DNA of 64,000 nt from an uncultured virus (IMG/VR IMGVR_UViG_3300033571_014589) (taxonomy: Duplodnaviria; Heunggongvirae; Uroviricota; Caudoviricetes), in IMG/VR virus record IMGVR_UViG_3300033571_014589, positions 1 through 64,000 of that record; one strand, given 5' to 3'. Numbering within the stretch: the stretch's first letter is position 1; each line of letters starts with the position of its first letter. The notes beneath the pieces are model-generated. The model was not told where the DNA came from. It was given only the letters and a program-made list of their open reading frames with translations, and made no database searches. Made by a program: the position numbers and the translations under genes. Positions 1 to 9,835 of the stretch are shown here, in pieces.

Positions 1-1
1 C

Positions 2-1576
2 GTAAGAAGAGTTTTCTCTAAGTTGTTGGCTAACGACATCGTTTCTGTACAAGCAATGAACTTACCTATCGGTAAATTGTTCTACTTCGTACCTAAAATT
101 CAGGGTTATACTACAGGTCAAGACCCAACTGCTGGTGGAAACCATTATGCACCTTTCGGAGCCCCTAATGGTCCTGCATCACCTGATACAGGTTACGCAT
201 CAACAGATAAAAACTTGTATGACAGATTCTATGAAGGTAATGAAGCGACTTTGGACCCTCCTGGATTGTTTGATTACTCAAAAGGTGCATTCAGTTCTGT
301 TACCGCAAGTGTAACAACAGTTGCATGGTCTTCAGGTTCTTTAGTGGCGTCAGGTTATGGTGCTGGTGAGTACAGAAAAGTATTGTTGGCAATGTCAGGT
401 TTCGCATCTGGCGGAGCTGGTAAACTTATCGGTCCTGACGGTCAAGTAATGGATAACGAATCTTTCTTGGGAGACTTAACTGTTAAGGCGGTAACAACTG
501 CAGGTGGAGCTTTCTCAGGATTAGGTGGAAATGCGTTGTTATTTAGAGTTGTTACTCAGAAATACGGTAAAGGTATCGTTCAATACGGAACATCATCTAC
601 ATTAGCGTTCCCAACTGGAGGTGGAAACGGCGGTGAGTATGATAACCTTTGTGACGCAAATGGTATTATCTATTTGGAAGTTGATGCACAAGTTCCATGT
701 TCTATAGGAGCTGGTTCATTGGATGGTTATTCTGGATTAACTACTACTATTGCAGGTGATTCCGGTATTAATACTGAATTTGTATGTACATACAGAGCGT
801 ATAAAGAAATGGAATTCGAAGACCAAATTGGCGAAGTTTCTTTCGACTTGGAATCAGTAACTGTTTCTGTAACTGAAAGAAAACTAAGAGCACAATGGTC
901 TCCTGAATTGGCTCAGGACGTTGCAGCGTTCCATAACATTGACGCAGAAGCTGAATTGACAGCGTTGTTATCAGAACAGGTAGCAGCTGAAATCGACAGA
1001 GAAATCTTGAGAGACTTGAGAAAAGCGGCAGCTTGGACATTGAGATGGGATTACAACGGTTGGAAAAGAGGCACTGCATCAAATCCATTAACACAATACA
1101 CTCAGAAAGATTGGAACCAAACATTGATTACCGCAATCAACCAAATTTCTGCTCAAATCCACAAATCAACACTTCGTGGTGGTGCTAACTGGATTGTTGT
1201 ATCTTCTGAAATCAGTGCAATCTTTGATGACTTGGAATACTTCCACGTATCAAACGCATCTCCTGAACAGGACCAATACAACATGGGTATCGAAAGAGTT
1301 GGTACATTGGCAGGTAGATATCAAGTGTATAGAGACCCTTACTTCCCACCAAACACAGTATTGATGGGTCACAAAGGTAGTTCTCTATTGGACACTGGAT
1401 ATGTATACGCTCCATATGTTCCTCTACAGTTGACTCCAACAATGTATAACCCATTCAATTTCACACCTATCAAGGGTATAATGACAAGATACGCTAAGAA
1501 GGTAGTAAACAACCGTTTCTACGGTAAAATTACAGTTGATGGTGTTAGAACATTTGATTTGAGAGAATTGAGATAA
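2..1576 (+). CDS. gp23: Major capsid protein, T4 gp23-like (5' truncated by window edge)
   Basis: Frame open from position 2 (VRRVFSKLLANDIVSVQAM); gp23 motifs RKLRAQWSPELAQD, DAEAELTALLSEQVAAEIDREI, YAPYVPL, FTPIKGIMTRY; G/S/T-rich insertion at about aa 30-260. Confidence 0.95.
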   Translation, partial: VRRVFSKLLANDIVSVQAMNLPIGKLFYFVPKIQGYTTGQDPTAGGNHYAPFGAPNGPASPDTGYASTDKNLYDRFYEGNEATLDPPGLFDYSKGAFSSVTASVTTVAWSSGSLVASGYGAGEYRKVLLAMSGFASGGAGKLIGPDGQVMDNESFLGDLTVKAVTTAGGAFSGLGGNALLFRVVTQKYGKGIVQYGTSSTLAFPTGGGNGGEYDNLCDANGIIYLEVDAQVPCSIGAGSLDGYSGLTTTIAGDSGINTEFVCTYRAYKEMEFEDQIGEVSFDLESVTVSVTERKLRAQWSPELAQDVAAFHNIDAEAELTALLSEQVAAEIDREILRDLRKAAAWTLRWDYNGWKRGTASNPLTQYTQKDWNQTLITAINQISAQIHKSTLRGGANWIVVSSEISAIFDDLEYFHVSNASPEQDQYNMGIERVGTLAGRYQVYRDPYFPPNTVLMGHKGSSLLDTGYVYAPYVPLQLTPTMYNPFNFTPIKGIMTRYAKKVVNNRFYGKITVDGVRTFDLRELR

Positions 1577-1594
1577 TCTAACTCAACCTAATAT

Positions 1595-1624
1595 AAAAAG
1601 GGACGATTTATTCGTCCCTTTTTT
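1595..1624. terminator. Bidirectional intrinsic terminator between capsid gene and convergent endonuclease
   Basis: AAAAAGGGACGA-TTTAT-TCGTCCCTTTTT hairpin with A/T tracts on both sides. Confidence 0.85.
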
Positions 1625-3239
1625 ATTTTAAAACCATTTCATATTTTAAATTCCCTGTATCCCATATTTTATCATAACCCAATTCAATCATGATTTGATT
1701 TTCGGTTTTATTTGAATCGTGTCCCATTTTAACTAAAACATCTTTTCTAAAATTAAATCGATAATATCTATGTATATAGTTTTTTGTGTAATAATAATTT
1801 GGTTTTGTTATACCAATAAAATTAAAACCCACTTTACCATAAAAACAATACTCATCAGACGGGGACCAATTTCTGTCGGCATATGTAATAATTCTATTGG
1901 GTTTATGTTCTTTAATAAAATGGTTCAATAATTTGGTGAACCCTCCAATAACATTTAAACTACAATATCTGTATATTTCATAATCCTTTAGTTTTTCATT
2001 TTTATTACCTAATGGTCTTCTCAAATTACCAAAAGTTAACAATGATACTATTTTATCATTGTACTTTAACGCATAAAAAATAGAAGACTTGTCATTCCCT
2101 TGTAGATGATTATCGTCTAAAAATTTTTTCTTTTCAATTTTACTTATTTGTTCAATTGTACATTTCCTTGCGTATATTTTTTCATTTTTTATATTAGTTA
2201 AGTTTTTGAGTCGCTCTTTTATTATTTCTTTTTTGGATTCCCATTCATCGGAAAATATGTGAATAAGTCTAATTTTGTTATCTAAACATTTTATTGTTTT
2301 ATCTATATGATATTTCTTAGTTTTTCCTTGTTTTTCAGAATGCCAATAAAGACCATTAAATTCTATTCCTATATTAAAATCAGGTAAAAAAATGTCTAAT
2401 TCAGTACCATTTAAAATTTTTTTAGTATTTGTTTCATATTTAATACCCAACGTATCTAAAAAAGAACATATTTCAATTTCAGATTTACTTCTATACGTTA
2501 TATTGTTATTCGAATTAATTAAATTTTGATTAAAGATATTGTTTAATTTTGTGGAAATTATATTATCTCCGTACAAAAGTTTGTATTTATCAACTGTTAT
2601 ATCGTGTAATTTTAAATAAGTATTCGATAAAATTTTTAATTTTTCATCACATATATTACAAATTATATAGTTTTCTTTATCATTAAATAATTCATTACGT
2701 TCCTCAAATTGTTTAAAAGTGTTAAAGTAATTAATATATTGTGGGTACTGTTCAATAAAATCGGATACTGATACATGTTCCTTTTCAATATGTTTTGTAA
2801 ACGACCCACTCTTATTTTTTAAATCAGTTGTTTCCCAATTACATATCGGACAAATTAATTGAGGTAATTCAATAACTTCTATTTTATTAAAGAATTCATT
2901 ATGAAAATGAACTCCATGTTCTTTAAAAAACATTCTACGTTTAAAAGAGGACGGGATGTCAACGTCAGGATAACATTCTTTAATGTGGGTAGTTATTGAA
3001 CCACTTTTATTTTCATAATCGTTGAACTTTTTAGAACACTTTTTACATTCTAAAATGTGTGGTGTTATTATAATATTTTTATTGTTCGTGTATTTTACTT
3101 TACCACCGACTTTTTTGATAGGTATATTATTATTTTTTAGTATGGTTTTTAATTTTAATTTACCTATTTTATATTCTTTACATATCTTATCAAGAGATGA
3201 ATCTGCTTCTAAATATTTTTTAATTATTTCATGTTCCAT
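1623..3239 (-). CDS. Hef-like homing endonuclease: Zn-finger repeats + DUF559/Vsr-like nuclease + Mom/GNAT-like C-terminal domain
   Basis: CKKC, CPIC..H..H and CNIC fingers; SKSEIEI..ELDIFLP..IGIEFNGLYWHS..IRLIHIFSDEW; C-terminal ARKC..FLDDNHLQG..TFG..IITYADRNWS..GF..IWDTG. Confidence 0.75.
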   Translation of the reverse strand: MEHEIIKKYLEADSSLDKICKEYKIGKLKLKTILKNNNIPIKKVGGKVKYTNNKNIIITPHILECKKCSKKFNDYENKSGSITTHIKECYPDVDIPSSFKRRMFFKEHGVHFHNEFFNKIEVIELPQLICPICNWETTDLKNKSGSFTKHIEKEHVSVSDFIEQYPQYINYFNTFKQFEERNELFNDKENYIICNICDEKLKILSNTYLKLHDITVDKYKLLYGDNIISTKLNNIFNQNLINSNNNITYRSKSEIEICSFLDTLGIKYETNTKKILNGTELDIFLPDFNIGIEFNGLYWHSEKQGKTKKYHIDKTIKCLDNKIRLIHIFSDEWESKKEIIKERLKNLTNIKNEKIYARKCTIEQISKIEKKKFLDDNHLQGNDKSSIFYALKYNDKIVSLLTFGNLRRPLGNKNEKLKDYEIYRYCSLNVIGGFTKLLNHFIKEHKPNRIITYADRNWSPSDEYCFYGKVGFNFIGITKPNYYYTKNYIHRYYRFNFRKDVLVKMGHDSNKTENQIMIELGYDKIWDTGNLKYEMVLK

Positions 3240-3246
3240 TATTATA

Positions 3247-3274
3247 AGTATACGTAATAACGGAATAAAGTCAA
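3247..3274 (-). promoter_or_regulatory. Putative sigma70-type promoter for the endonuclease gene
   Basis: TTGACT-16 nt-TATACT just upstream of ATG 3239. Confidence 0.5.
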
Positions 3275-3280
3275 ACAGTT

Positions 3281-3499
3281 TTAATTTTCGTTTACATCAT
3301 TTTGTGGTAGGTATAGTTTCCTAATTGATTTTGAAATAATTTCAGATTCATTTAATGTAAACACACCTTGTGTATAAGCGTATTTTATACCTTCTTTAAG
3401 AAAGAAAATTGCCTGTTCATGAGTTATAGATGAAATAAGTTTTTCAAACTCTTCATCATTATTAAATTTTAACGTACCAAAAATATTGTAATTATTCAT
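3281..3499 (-). CDS. Hypothetical protein
   Basis: 72-aa ATG ORF filling the gap between genes. Confidence 0.7.
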   Translation of the reverse strand: MNNYNIFGTLKFNNDEEFEKLISSITHEQAIFFLKEGIKYAYTQGVFTLNESEIISKSIRKLYLPQNDVNEN

Positions 3500-3536
3500 T
3501 TGTGTAGATATTTATATGGTATAAAATAAATAATTA

Positions 3537-4664
3537 ATGTCAAAAGATAAAGATTCTTTTCTTAAAATCATTAAGGAAACAACAAATACTGGTGGTTCAG
3601 GTTCATATAGACCACCAATTAGTCCAGGTTTAAAATTATGGGATAAATCATCATTAGGACCATTTACAGACCCTGTATCTAACTATGTTAGTTCAGAGCT
3701 TCAATATGATAGTTATGACGGTATAATAGATAGTAAAGACATTAAAACAAAGGAACATAAAGCAAGAAAAATTTCACAAGAATTGAAAAGAAAACAACAA
3801 AATCAAGACGATGATGGTTTAGGAGCTGGAAGACTTAGCGGAACAGGAATCGGTGGAGATATATCTGAACAATTAGAAAAAATTCAAAAGATATTAGCCG
3901 AAGATTTAGCCGTATGGTTTGGGACCAAGAAAAAACCTAAAGGTAGTAAACAACCAAAAGGTCCTTGGGTTAATATTTGTAGAAAAGATAAAAATGGTAA
4001 ACACCCTCCTTGTGGGAGGTCCGATACATCAAAAGACGCATATCCAAAATGTAGAGCAGCCGGTGTTGCAGGAAAAATGACAGATTCCCAAAAGAAATCT
4101 GCCTGTGCTCAAAAAAGAAGAGCCGAGAAAAAGGACACACAAACAGGTAAGGGTCAAAAACCTGTATATACATCATATAAACCAAAAAAAGAAAGTATAA
4201 TACCTAAAGAAGTATTATTAGAAAAGTTTAAAGTAGAACCTCACGAATATGAAAAATTATATGAAGATGATAATTTTTTATTGGTAATTCCATTAACTTT
4301 TGAAGCGTCTTGTAAGTATGGCGCAGGAACTAAATGGTGTACAACATCAAAAGATAAAGACGATATGTTTGAGAAACATTTTAAAATGGGTTCACTAGGT
4401 TATCTTATAGTTAAAAATAAAAACTTACAAGATAAATTGCAATCAACAAAATATGGTTTATTTGCTAATAGACCTAATAAGAACTTTTTGGGTGGGAATT
4501 ATCCTGCTCCACAAGGTATAATTGTTTATGACGATAAAAATAATATTATCGATAACAATAAGATAATTAATCTATTTGACCGTGTAGATTTGTATGATAC
4601 TTTAAGAAAGATTATTCGTCAATTTACTTTATATAGTGAAGACAAGTTTAAAAAAATTAACTAA
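3537..4664 (+). CDS. Multidomain putative head-associated protein (Cys/Lys-rich domain + C-terminal ASCKYGAGTKWCT domain)
   Basis: EDLAVWFG..GPWVNICR..HPPCGR..YPKCR basic domain; LLVIPLTFEASCKYGAGTKWCT (PcfJ-like, from memory); IKE/ISE/LAE/LLE sites at domain borders; TATTTAT upstream. Confidence 0.6.
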   Translation: MSKDKDSFLKIIKETTNTGGSGSYRPPISPGLKLWDKSSLGPFTDPVSNYVSSELQYDSYDGIIDSKDIKTKEHKARKISQELKRKQQNQDDDGLGAGRLSGTGIGGDISEQLEKIQKILAEDLAVWFGTKKKPKGSKQPKGPWVNICRKDKNGKHPPCGRSDTSKDAYPKCRAAGVAGKMTDSQKKSACAQKRRAEKKDTQTGKGQKPVYTSYKPKKESIIPKEVLLEKFKVEPHEYEKLYEDDNFLLVIPLTFEASCKYGAGTKWCTTSKDKDDMFEKHFKMGSLGYLIVKNKNLQDKLQSTKYGLFANRPNKNFLGGNYPAPQGIIVYDDKNNIIDNNKIINLFDRVDLYDTLRKIIRQFTLYSEDKFKKIN

Positions 4665-6587
4665 TTAACAATATGGTGGTGAACACCTTTTTTTACCATC
4701 CAATCCTTTAATTTTACCTTTACATACTTGTACGGCGAAACCATTTGCATATGCAGAGGGGTAAACGTCAAATTTTGCTTTTGCTGCCGACTTTCCTCTT
4801 GAACATAATTTTGTTCCTGTTTTCTTTTTTCCTTCACTTATTTGAGGTAAAACTTTATCCAATACAGTTTCAGGGTCTTTATATGTATTTAATTTCTTTT
4901 TCATTTCACCAATATCTTTGATTGCCGCCAAATAAGGAACCATAGAATCTTTAACTTTATCACTGAAAGGTAAAACTTTACTAAGTTCGTCCAATACAGA
5001 TTCTAAAGATAATGATGTTAAAATTGGCATCCCAAAAACATTAAAAATTTTAAACCCTGGAATTGCCATTTCACCAGCCGATTGTAACATATCAATAAAA
5101 TCAACCTTTAATTCATCTTCAACTTTATCAAATTCTTCCAATAAATTTTCAATTTCTTCACCACTTTCAAATTTCTTCTTTAAATCATAATATTTTTCCA
5201 TATCATCATTTAATTCAGAATAATTTAAAATTATTGATGCCGCACCGACAGGAACATTTAAACCAGGTATTGAACCTAAAGTTGCTCTTACTTTATCACC
5301 AACTATGTTTGAGAGAATACCTCTCCAATCAAAATCTTCATTTATATTTCTCATATCATCTTTATTTAATTTTATTTCTTTTTCTATTTGAATAGATTTA
5401 TTGTCGTACCAATTACTAAAAAATTCAGAAACGTTGTTGATTTCATCACTTCTGTTAACAGCCATTTGGATTGCGAATGGGGAACTAAATGTATCTCTTC
5501 GGGCTTTCTTAATAGGTCTTTTAATAATACTTTCTACCCATTTTTTTATATAAGGAACATACTTAGGACTTTCCATTAAAAAATATTTAAAAAGAGTATC
5601 AAAAAAAGTAATATTATAATCTAATACACCTGATTTTTGTAATATAAAAATCCATTCATTTTTTTCAGGGATTATCATCCATATTATTTCCGATGACTTA
5701 TCATAATATATTTTTCCTTCAGATGTATAAAATTTAATAAATTCAAGTATTAAATCTCCACTAATTTTTGGTAATTTATCTTCATTTATATTTCCCATAT
5801 CATCTTTATTTAATTTTATTTCTTTACCTAATTTAAGGATATTATTAACATTCACAATTTCGGGAAGAGTTGGCCAAACAATATCTTTAACCTCCTTTTG
5901 AAGGGTTTTTTCAACCCACTTTTTTACATACGGAACAAAATCAGGGTATTCCATCGAAACGTATCTGAAAATACTCTTAAAAACTCTTAAAGAACACCAT
6001 AGATTACCTGAATCATATAACGCAAATACCCATTGATTTTTTTCAGGGTTTATCATATATATTGTGTCGTTGCTATAGTTAGAATATAGTTTTGTATCAG
6101 ATGTAAAATCATCTAATAATTCGAATATAATTTCTTCATCGACTAATCGTGATTCTTCACTTTCATTAATATTTTCTTCTGAATTTAATTCGGTTCCTGA
6201 TTGAAGGATTCTTTCAACCGATAAATTGTTATCTTTAAGATTTTCATAAGTGTATTTAATCCCTTTTTGAAGGGTTCTTTCAACCGCATGGATGCCGCGT
6301 ATTCCGAGAGGTTCGGCGTAGTTAACCTCCTTTTGAAGGATTCTTTCAACCCACTTTTTGATATACGGGTTAAAATCAGGGTATTCCATCGATACGTATT
6401 TAAAAATTTTAACGAAAACTGAATAATAATACAATAAACGACCTGTTTTTGTTAATTCAAATATCCATTTTTTTGTTTTTGGGTTTATCATCCATATGGA
6501 TTCCGTTTCATCATCATAATATAACTTTCCATCAGATGTAAAATCATCTAATAATTCAAATATTAAATCTTCATTGATTTTTTCCAT
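4665..6587 (-). CDS. Repeat-domain polyprotein-like protein with basic Cys-containing C-terminal domain
   Basis: Three copies of IFELLDDFTS..IWMINP..WIF.L..G.L..F..IF.Y..ME.P...PY.KKWVE; INE linkers; C-terminal LCSRGKSAAKAKFDVYPSAYANGFAVQVCKG. Confidence 0.7.
   Translation of the reverse strand: MEKINEDLIFELLDDFTSDGKLYYDDETESIWMINPKTKKWIFELTKTGRLLYYYSVFVKIFKYVSMEYPDFNPYIKKWVERILQKEVNYAEPLGIRGIHAVERTLQKGIKYTYENLKDNNLSVERILQSGTELNSEENINESEESRLVDEEIIFELLDDFTSDTKLYSNYSNDTIYMINPEKNQWVFALYDSGNLWCSLRVFKSIFRYVSMEYPDFVPYVKKWVEKTLQKEVKDIVWPTLPEIVNVNNILKLGKEIKLNKDDMGNINEDKLPKISGDLILEFIKFYTSEGKIYYDKSSEIIWMIIPEKNEWIFILQKSGVLDYNITFFDTLFKYFLMESPKYVPYIKKWVESIIKRPIKKARRDTFSSPFAIQMAVNRSDEINNVSEFFSNWYDNKSIQIEKEIKLNKDDMRNINEDFDWRGILSNIVGDKVRATLGSIPGLNVPVGAASIILNYSELNDDMEKYYDLKKKFESGEEIENLLEEFDKVEDELKVDFIDMLQSAGEMAIPGFKIFNVFGMPILTSLSLESVLDELSKVLPFSDKVKDSMVPYLAAIKDIGEMKKKLNTYKDPETVLDKVLPQISEGKKKTGTKLCSRGKSAAKAKFDVYPSAYANGFAVQVCKGKIKGLDGKKRCSPPYC
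5334..5825. repeat. 48-nt direct repeat pair (5334-5381 and 5778-5825, 1 mismatch)
   Basis: atcttcatttatatttc[t/c]catatcatctttatttaattttatttcttt; encodes KEIKLNKDDM(G/R)NINED on the minus strand. Confidence 0.9.
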
Positions 6588-6595
6588 AATGAACT

Positions 6596-8095
6596 TTACT
6601 TATTATCGACAATTTGAAATTTTAGTTGTCTTTTATAAGTATCAACCTCATCAGAAGTTAATACTTTAATATCAACAAAATATTCATTAGGTACTTTATC
6701 TTTTGTATCAAACACAAAATAATATTCATTGGGTGTTTGATTGATTCTTGTCCAATCCTGAACTATAACTTCAGTAGGTCCTTCTGTTACATAAATTCTA
6801 TAATAACACTTAAACTGAGGTAGTATTACATTTGATGAATATGCTTGTTTTACGGTAACAACAACTTTTCTAATATCAGTGTTTAATATTTTTTCATCTT
6901 GTCTAATTCCACTAAAAGTAAACCCATATTCAACAGGGTCTTTAGCTAAAGTGCTTATTTGATAATATTCATTTGAAGGTCTTAGAATTAAATCATTTTC
7001 AATATTAGATATTGTGACACCGTTTATTGTAATTCCCTTCCAAGTGTCTGTAAATTGACAAGGTGTTGAATATCCTGTTATTGGTGGTATTGTTACCTCA
7101 TATACCCCTTGAGTTCTTAAAATGGTTGTTAATCCTGTAAACCCTGACATTAAATCTCCGTTTGAGTCAGAAATATCAACGGTAGGATTTGAATCAAAAT
7201 TTGTTGGGACACCTTGAATGTATGAGTACAAATAAAGCTTGTTTTCTTTATTTTCAAAAAACGCATTTCTATCGTCCAATATCAAATCATCATATGTTGT
7301 TTCAAGATATGGTTCATAAAATGTTTGTGTGTGTCTTGTAAAAAACCCAACGGAATAATTTTCGGTTAATCCTGAAAGATTTTCTAATGATGGAGAATAA
7401 GCGATTATCCAACCAGTAATACCCGTTGTTGCACCTGTAAGATAATTATTTATCTCATCTGTCATATCAAATTCGATATTTTCATTACCATATTCAAAAT
7501 GTTGCGTATCAACTAAAGTGAGGGCTGAATAATTTATTTGTGTCCCTACACCTGAGTTATTATTAATATAAATTCCTGGTGTCGACCAACCACTCAATGT
7601 AGTTGCTCTAAACCAATTCGAAGGTCTTGATGAATAACTTTGGTCAGAATCTCTATTTGGTTTATACGCTAAACTCGCATTACTTATACTAACATTATCC
7701 GTATCGTAATAATCGTATCCAACACCTTCATCCCAATTTTGTGTTGCTCCCGTTAATCCACTTTTAGGTATTCTATATAAATTTAAATCAAAAGAGGTTG
7801 CTCTTCTTCTACCTTCACTTGTTGTTGCATTCAATAAATCATAATTGAACATTATTGTATTGGTCATCTTTAACTTGTGACTTATTGGACTTCCTGTATA
7901 TACAATACCATTAGAAATCTTTTGTTGAAGTTGTGAAAGGTCAATATTGAAAATAAACCTCGAATACCCTGGAGGTGTTAATGTATTATCTACTCTACCG
8001 AAAAATAATTCAGTTACAGGATTTAATCCTGTGTTTCCCGAACTATTATAAATAATCGTGTTGTTTCTACTGAAATATGACTTATGAATTGACAT
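6596..8095 (-). CDS. Putative virion structural protein (DNRLRE-like beta domain + Ig-like C-terminus)
   Basis: NTGLNPVTELF, SRFIFNIDL, WDEGVGYDY, FFTRHTQTFYEPYLE motifs; S/T/G-rich; TATTTAT upstream. Confidence 0.55.
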   Translation of the reverse strand: MSIHKSYFSRNNTIIYNSSGNTGLNPVTELFFGRVDNTLTPPGYSRFIFNIDLSQLQQKISNGIVYTGSPISHKLKMTNTIMFNYDLLNATTSEGRRRATSFDLNLYRIPKSGLTGATQNWDEGVGYDYYDTDNVSISNASLAYKPNRDSDQSYSSRPSNWFRATTLSGWSTPGIYINNNSGVGTQINYSALTLVDTQHFEYGNENIEFDMTDEINNYLTGATTGITGWIIAYSPSLENLSGLTENYSVGFFTRHTQTFYEPYLETTYDDLILDDRNAFFENKENKLYLYSYIQGVPTNFDSNPTVDISDSNGDLMSGFTGLTTILRTQGVYEVTIPPITGYSTPCQFTDTWKGITINGVTISNIENDLILRPSNEYYQISTLAKDPVEYGFTFSGIRQDEKILNTDIRKVVVTVKQAYSSNVILPQFKCYYRIYVTEGPTEVIVQDWTRINQTPNEYYFVFDTKDKVPNEYFVDIKVLTSDEVDTYKRQLKFQIVDNK

Positions 8096-8107
8096 TATAT
8101 ATAAATA

Positions 8108-9637
8108 TCAATTAATCCTTAACTTTTCATTCAAAATGTTTTGATATCCATTAAAAATTTCAGTCAATATTTGTTGTGAAGTTGTTTGGTCTTTTGCAAC
8201 AGGGTTTGGAGGCATATTATGATATGGGTGAACGTGGTTTAATAAGTATTTAACAATCAATTCTAATAGATTTAAAAGTTTTTCACCTCTTACCATTGAG
8301 TTGGTATTTGGATATATATTATCCCAAATAAAGTCCTGTGGTAGAATATTGTCATTATATTCTTTAACGTCTTGGAAATTTATTGATAAAAGCCCGGGTA
8401 TTTCAGATTCGTGTGATAATAAGAATATAAAATCCGAAGCGGTCATACCTATCGCTGTTGAGGTATTATTTATGTTAGGTCTTAATGTTGTTATTTCACG
8501 AGCCTCTTTTAACGGACCTAAAGTATTTTTTTCTGAAACGAGCCCATAACCTCTGGTTGTATCAGTTTCATTTAAAAAAACATTTCGTATAAACTTATTT
8601 GCATTTAAGTTTTCAACCCCTATTGAATTAATTGATTTATCATAGAGTTGTTTACTAGGCTGAAATACGAATGGGAATTGTTTTAATGTACTACTTACAA
8701 TATTATCTTTCAATCCTATTTTACCGTTGTTAAGATTAATGATGAGTTCTTTAATCCCGTCCGTAATTGTTTTAAAACTTTCGTTTAAATAGTCTTTTCT
8801 AAAAATAGGGCCTATTTTTGAATCATCTGAAACTTCAAAATATTTAGATTCTGTAAATGCTGAGGTATTAATCGAATTAAATGGTGATATACTATAAAGT
8901 TCTATATACCCTGAAAAATTACCATCTTCAGTTCCTAAGCCACCATATACATTATATTCTATTAAATAATTTAAATTTTGATAAACACTTATAGTAGCGG
9001 TACTGGTTTCAACAGTAGAATCAGTTTTCCTATTTTCATAATGTTGAAGCATGGTAAAACTATTTCTTTTATTAAATGTTACCCCTTCATTAGTTCTAAA
9101 TTCTTTATTTACACGTGCAATGAATCCATTTTTTGGTAACATTACATCAGAATTATTTCTACCTAATAAAGATACTGTTGAAGGCACTGGATATAGTCCT
9201 TGATTGTTTGGTTTTGTTGGTATTGATGTTTGAGGGATAATTTTACCTTGAGTAGGTTTATTTCTTTCACCTAATGCTAATCCATTAACCATTGAGTTAA
9301 ATGTATCGTTGTCTAAATTATCGATGCTTGAGAAATTTCCTTGAATGTAAAATCTGTTATTTTCAGGATATTTTTTATCGTAGAAAATAATGTGAACAAA
9401 TTCTTTTTCTTTGGGAACTTGATATAAAAATATTGGAAGTAGAGGATAAACAAGAAATGGGTCTTTTAATGTCCATTTATCATTTATATTGTCTAATTCT
9501 CCTACAGGTAAAGCTCTGTTATATGATTGAACTTGCCAATCTTTTGGAACACATCTAATTCTACCTAAATTTAAGGGGTCATTTACATCAATAACTTCAC
9601 CATAATAAATCGTTCTATTAACATCAAGACCATTCAT
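8108..9637 (-). CDS. Baseplate central spike/hub protein, gp5/VgrG-like
   Basis: N-terminal OB-fold motif YGEVIDVNDPLNLGRIRC..P..KEFV; C-terminal RGEKL..L..HVHPYH (HxH spike tip). Confidence 0.7.
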   Translation of the reverse strand: MNGLDVNRTIYYGEVIDVNDPLNLGRIRCVPKDWQVQSYNRALPVGELDNINDKWTLKDPFLVYPLLPIFLYQVPKEKEFVHIIFYDKKYPENNRFYIQGNFSSIDNLDNDTFNSMVNGLALGERNKPTQGKIIPQTSIPTKPNNQGLYPVPSTVSLLGRNNSDVMLPKNGFIARVNKEFRTNEGVTFNKRNSFTMLQHYENRKTDSTVETSTATISVYQNLNYLIEYNVYGGLGTEDGNFSGYIELYSISPFNSINTSAFTESKYFEVSDDSKIGPIFRKDYLNESFKTITDGIKELIINLNNGKIGLKDNIVSSTLKQFPFVFQPSKQLYDKSINSIGVENLNANKFIRNVFLNETDTTRGYGLVSEKNTLGPLKEAREITTLRPNINNTSTAIGMTASDFIFLLSHESEIPGLLSINFQDVKEYNDNILPQDFIWDNIYPNTNSMVRGEKLLNLLELIVKYLLNHVHPYHNMPPNPVAKDQTTSQQILTEIFNGYQNILNEKLRIN

Positions 9638-9834
9638 TTTTTAATTCTTTTCTTATATTCTTCCAAAAGTTTATTATAGTCAGATTCTATATTATCTAAA
9701 TCGTAAGTTAAATCAATTATTAATTTTTTTGTTTCATCATGTTTTTCAGATAAAAAATCCAAAGAAGATAAAATTTCATTATTGGATTTATTATTTCTAT
9801 CTTTAACTATTTCTTCGATTATTTTCTTATTCAT
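9634..9834 (-). CDS. Small coiled-coil hypothetical protein
   Basis: 66-aa ORF with ATGA overlap with the next gene. Confidence 0.7.
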   Translation of the reverse strand: MNKKIIEEIVKDRNNKSNNEILSSLDFLSEKHDETKKLIIDLTYDLDNIESDYNKLLEEYKKRIKK

Positions 9835-9835
9835 A

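Noticed and set aside
4665..6587. Diversity-generating retroelement TR/VR pair or CRISPR array
   Set aside because: The repeats are in-frame protein domain duplications; no adenine-specific mismatch pattern was evident, and there is no reverse transcriptase or regular repeat-spacer structure in the window.
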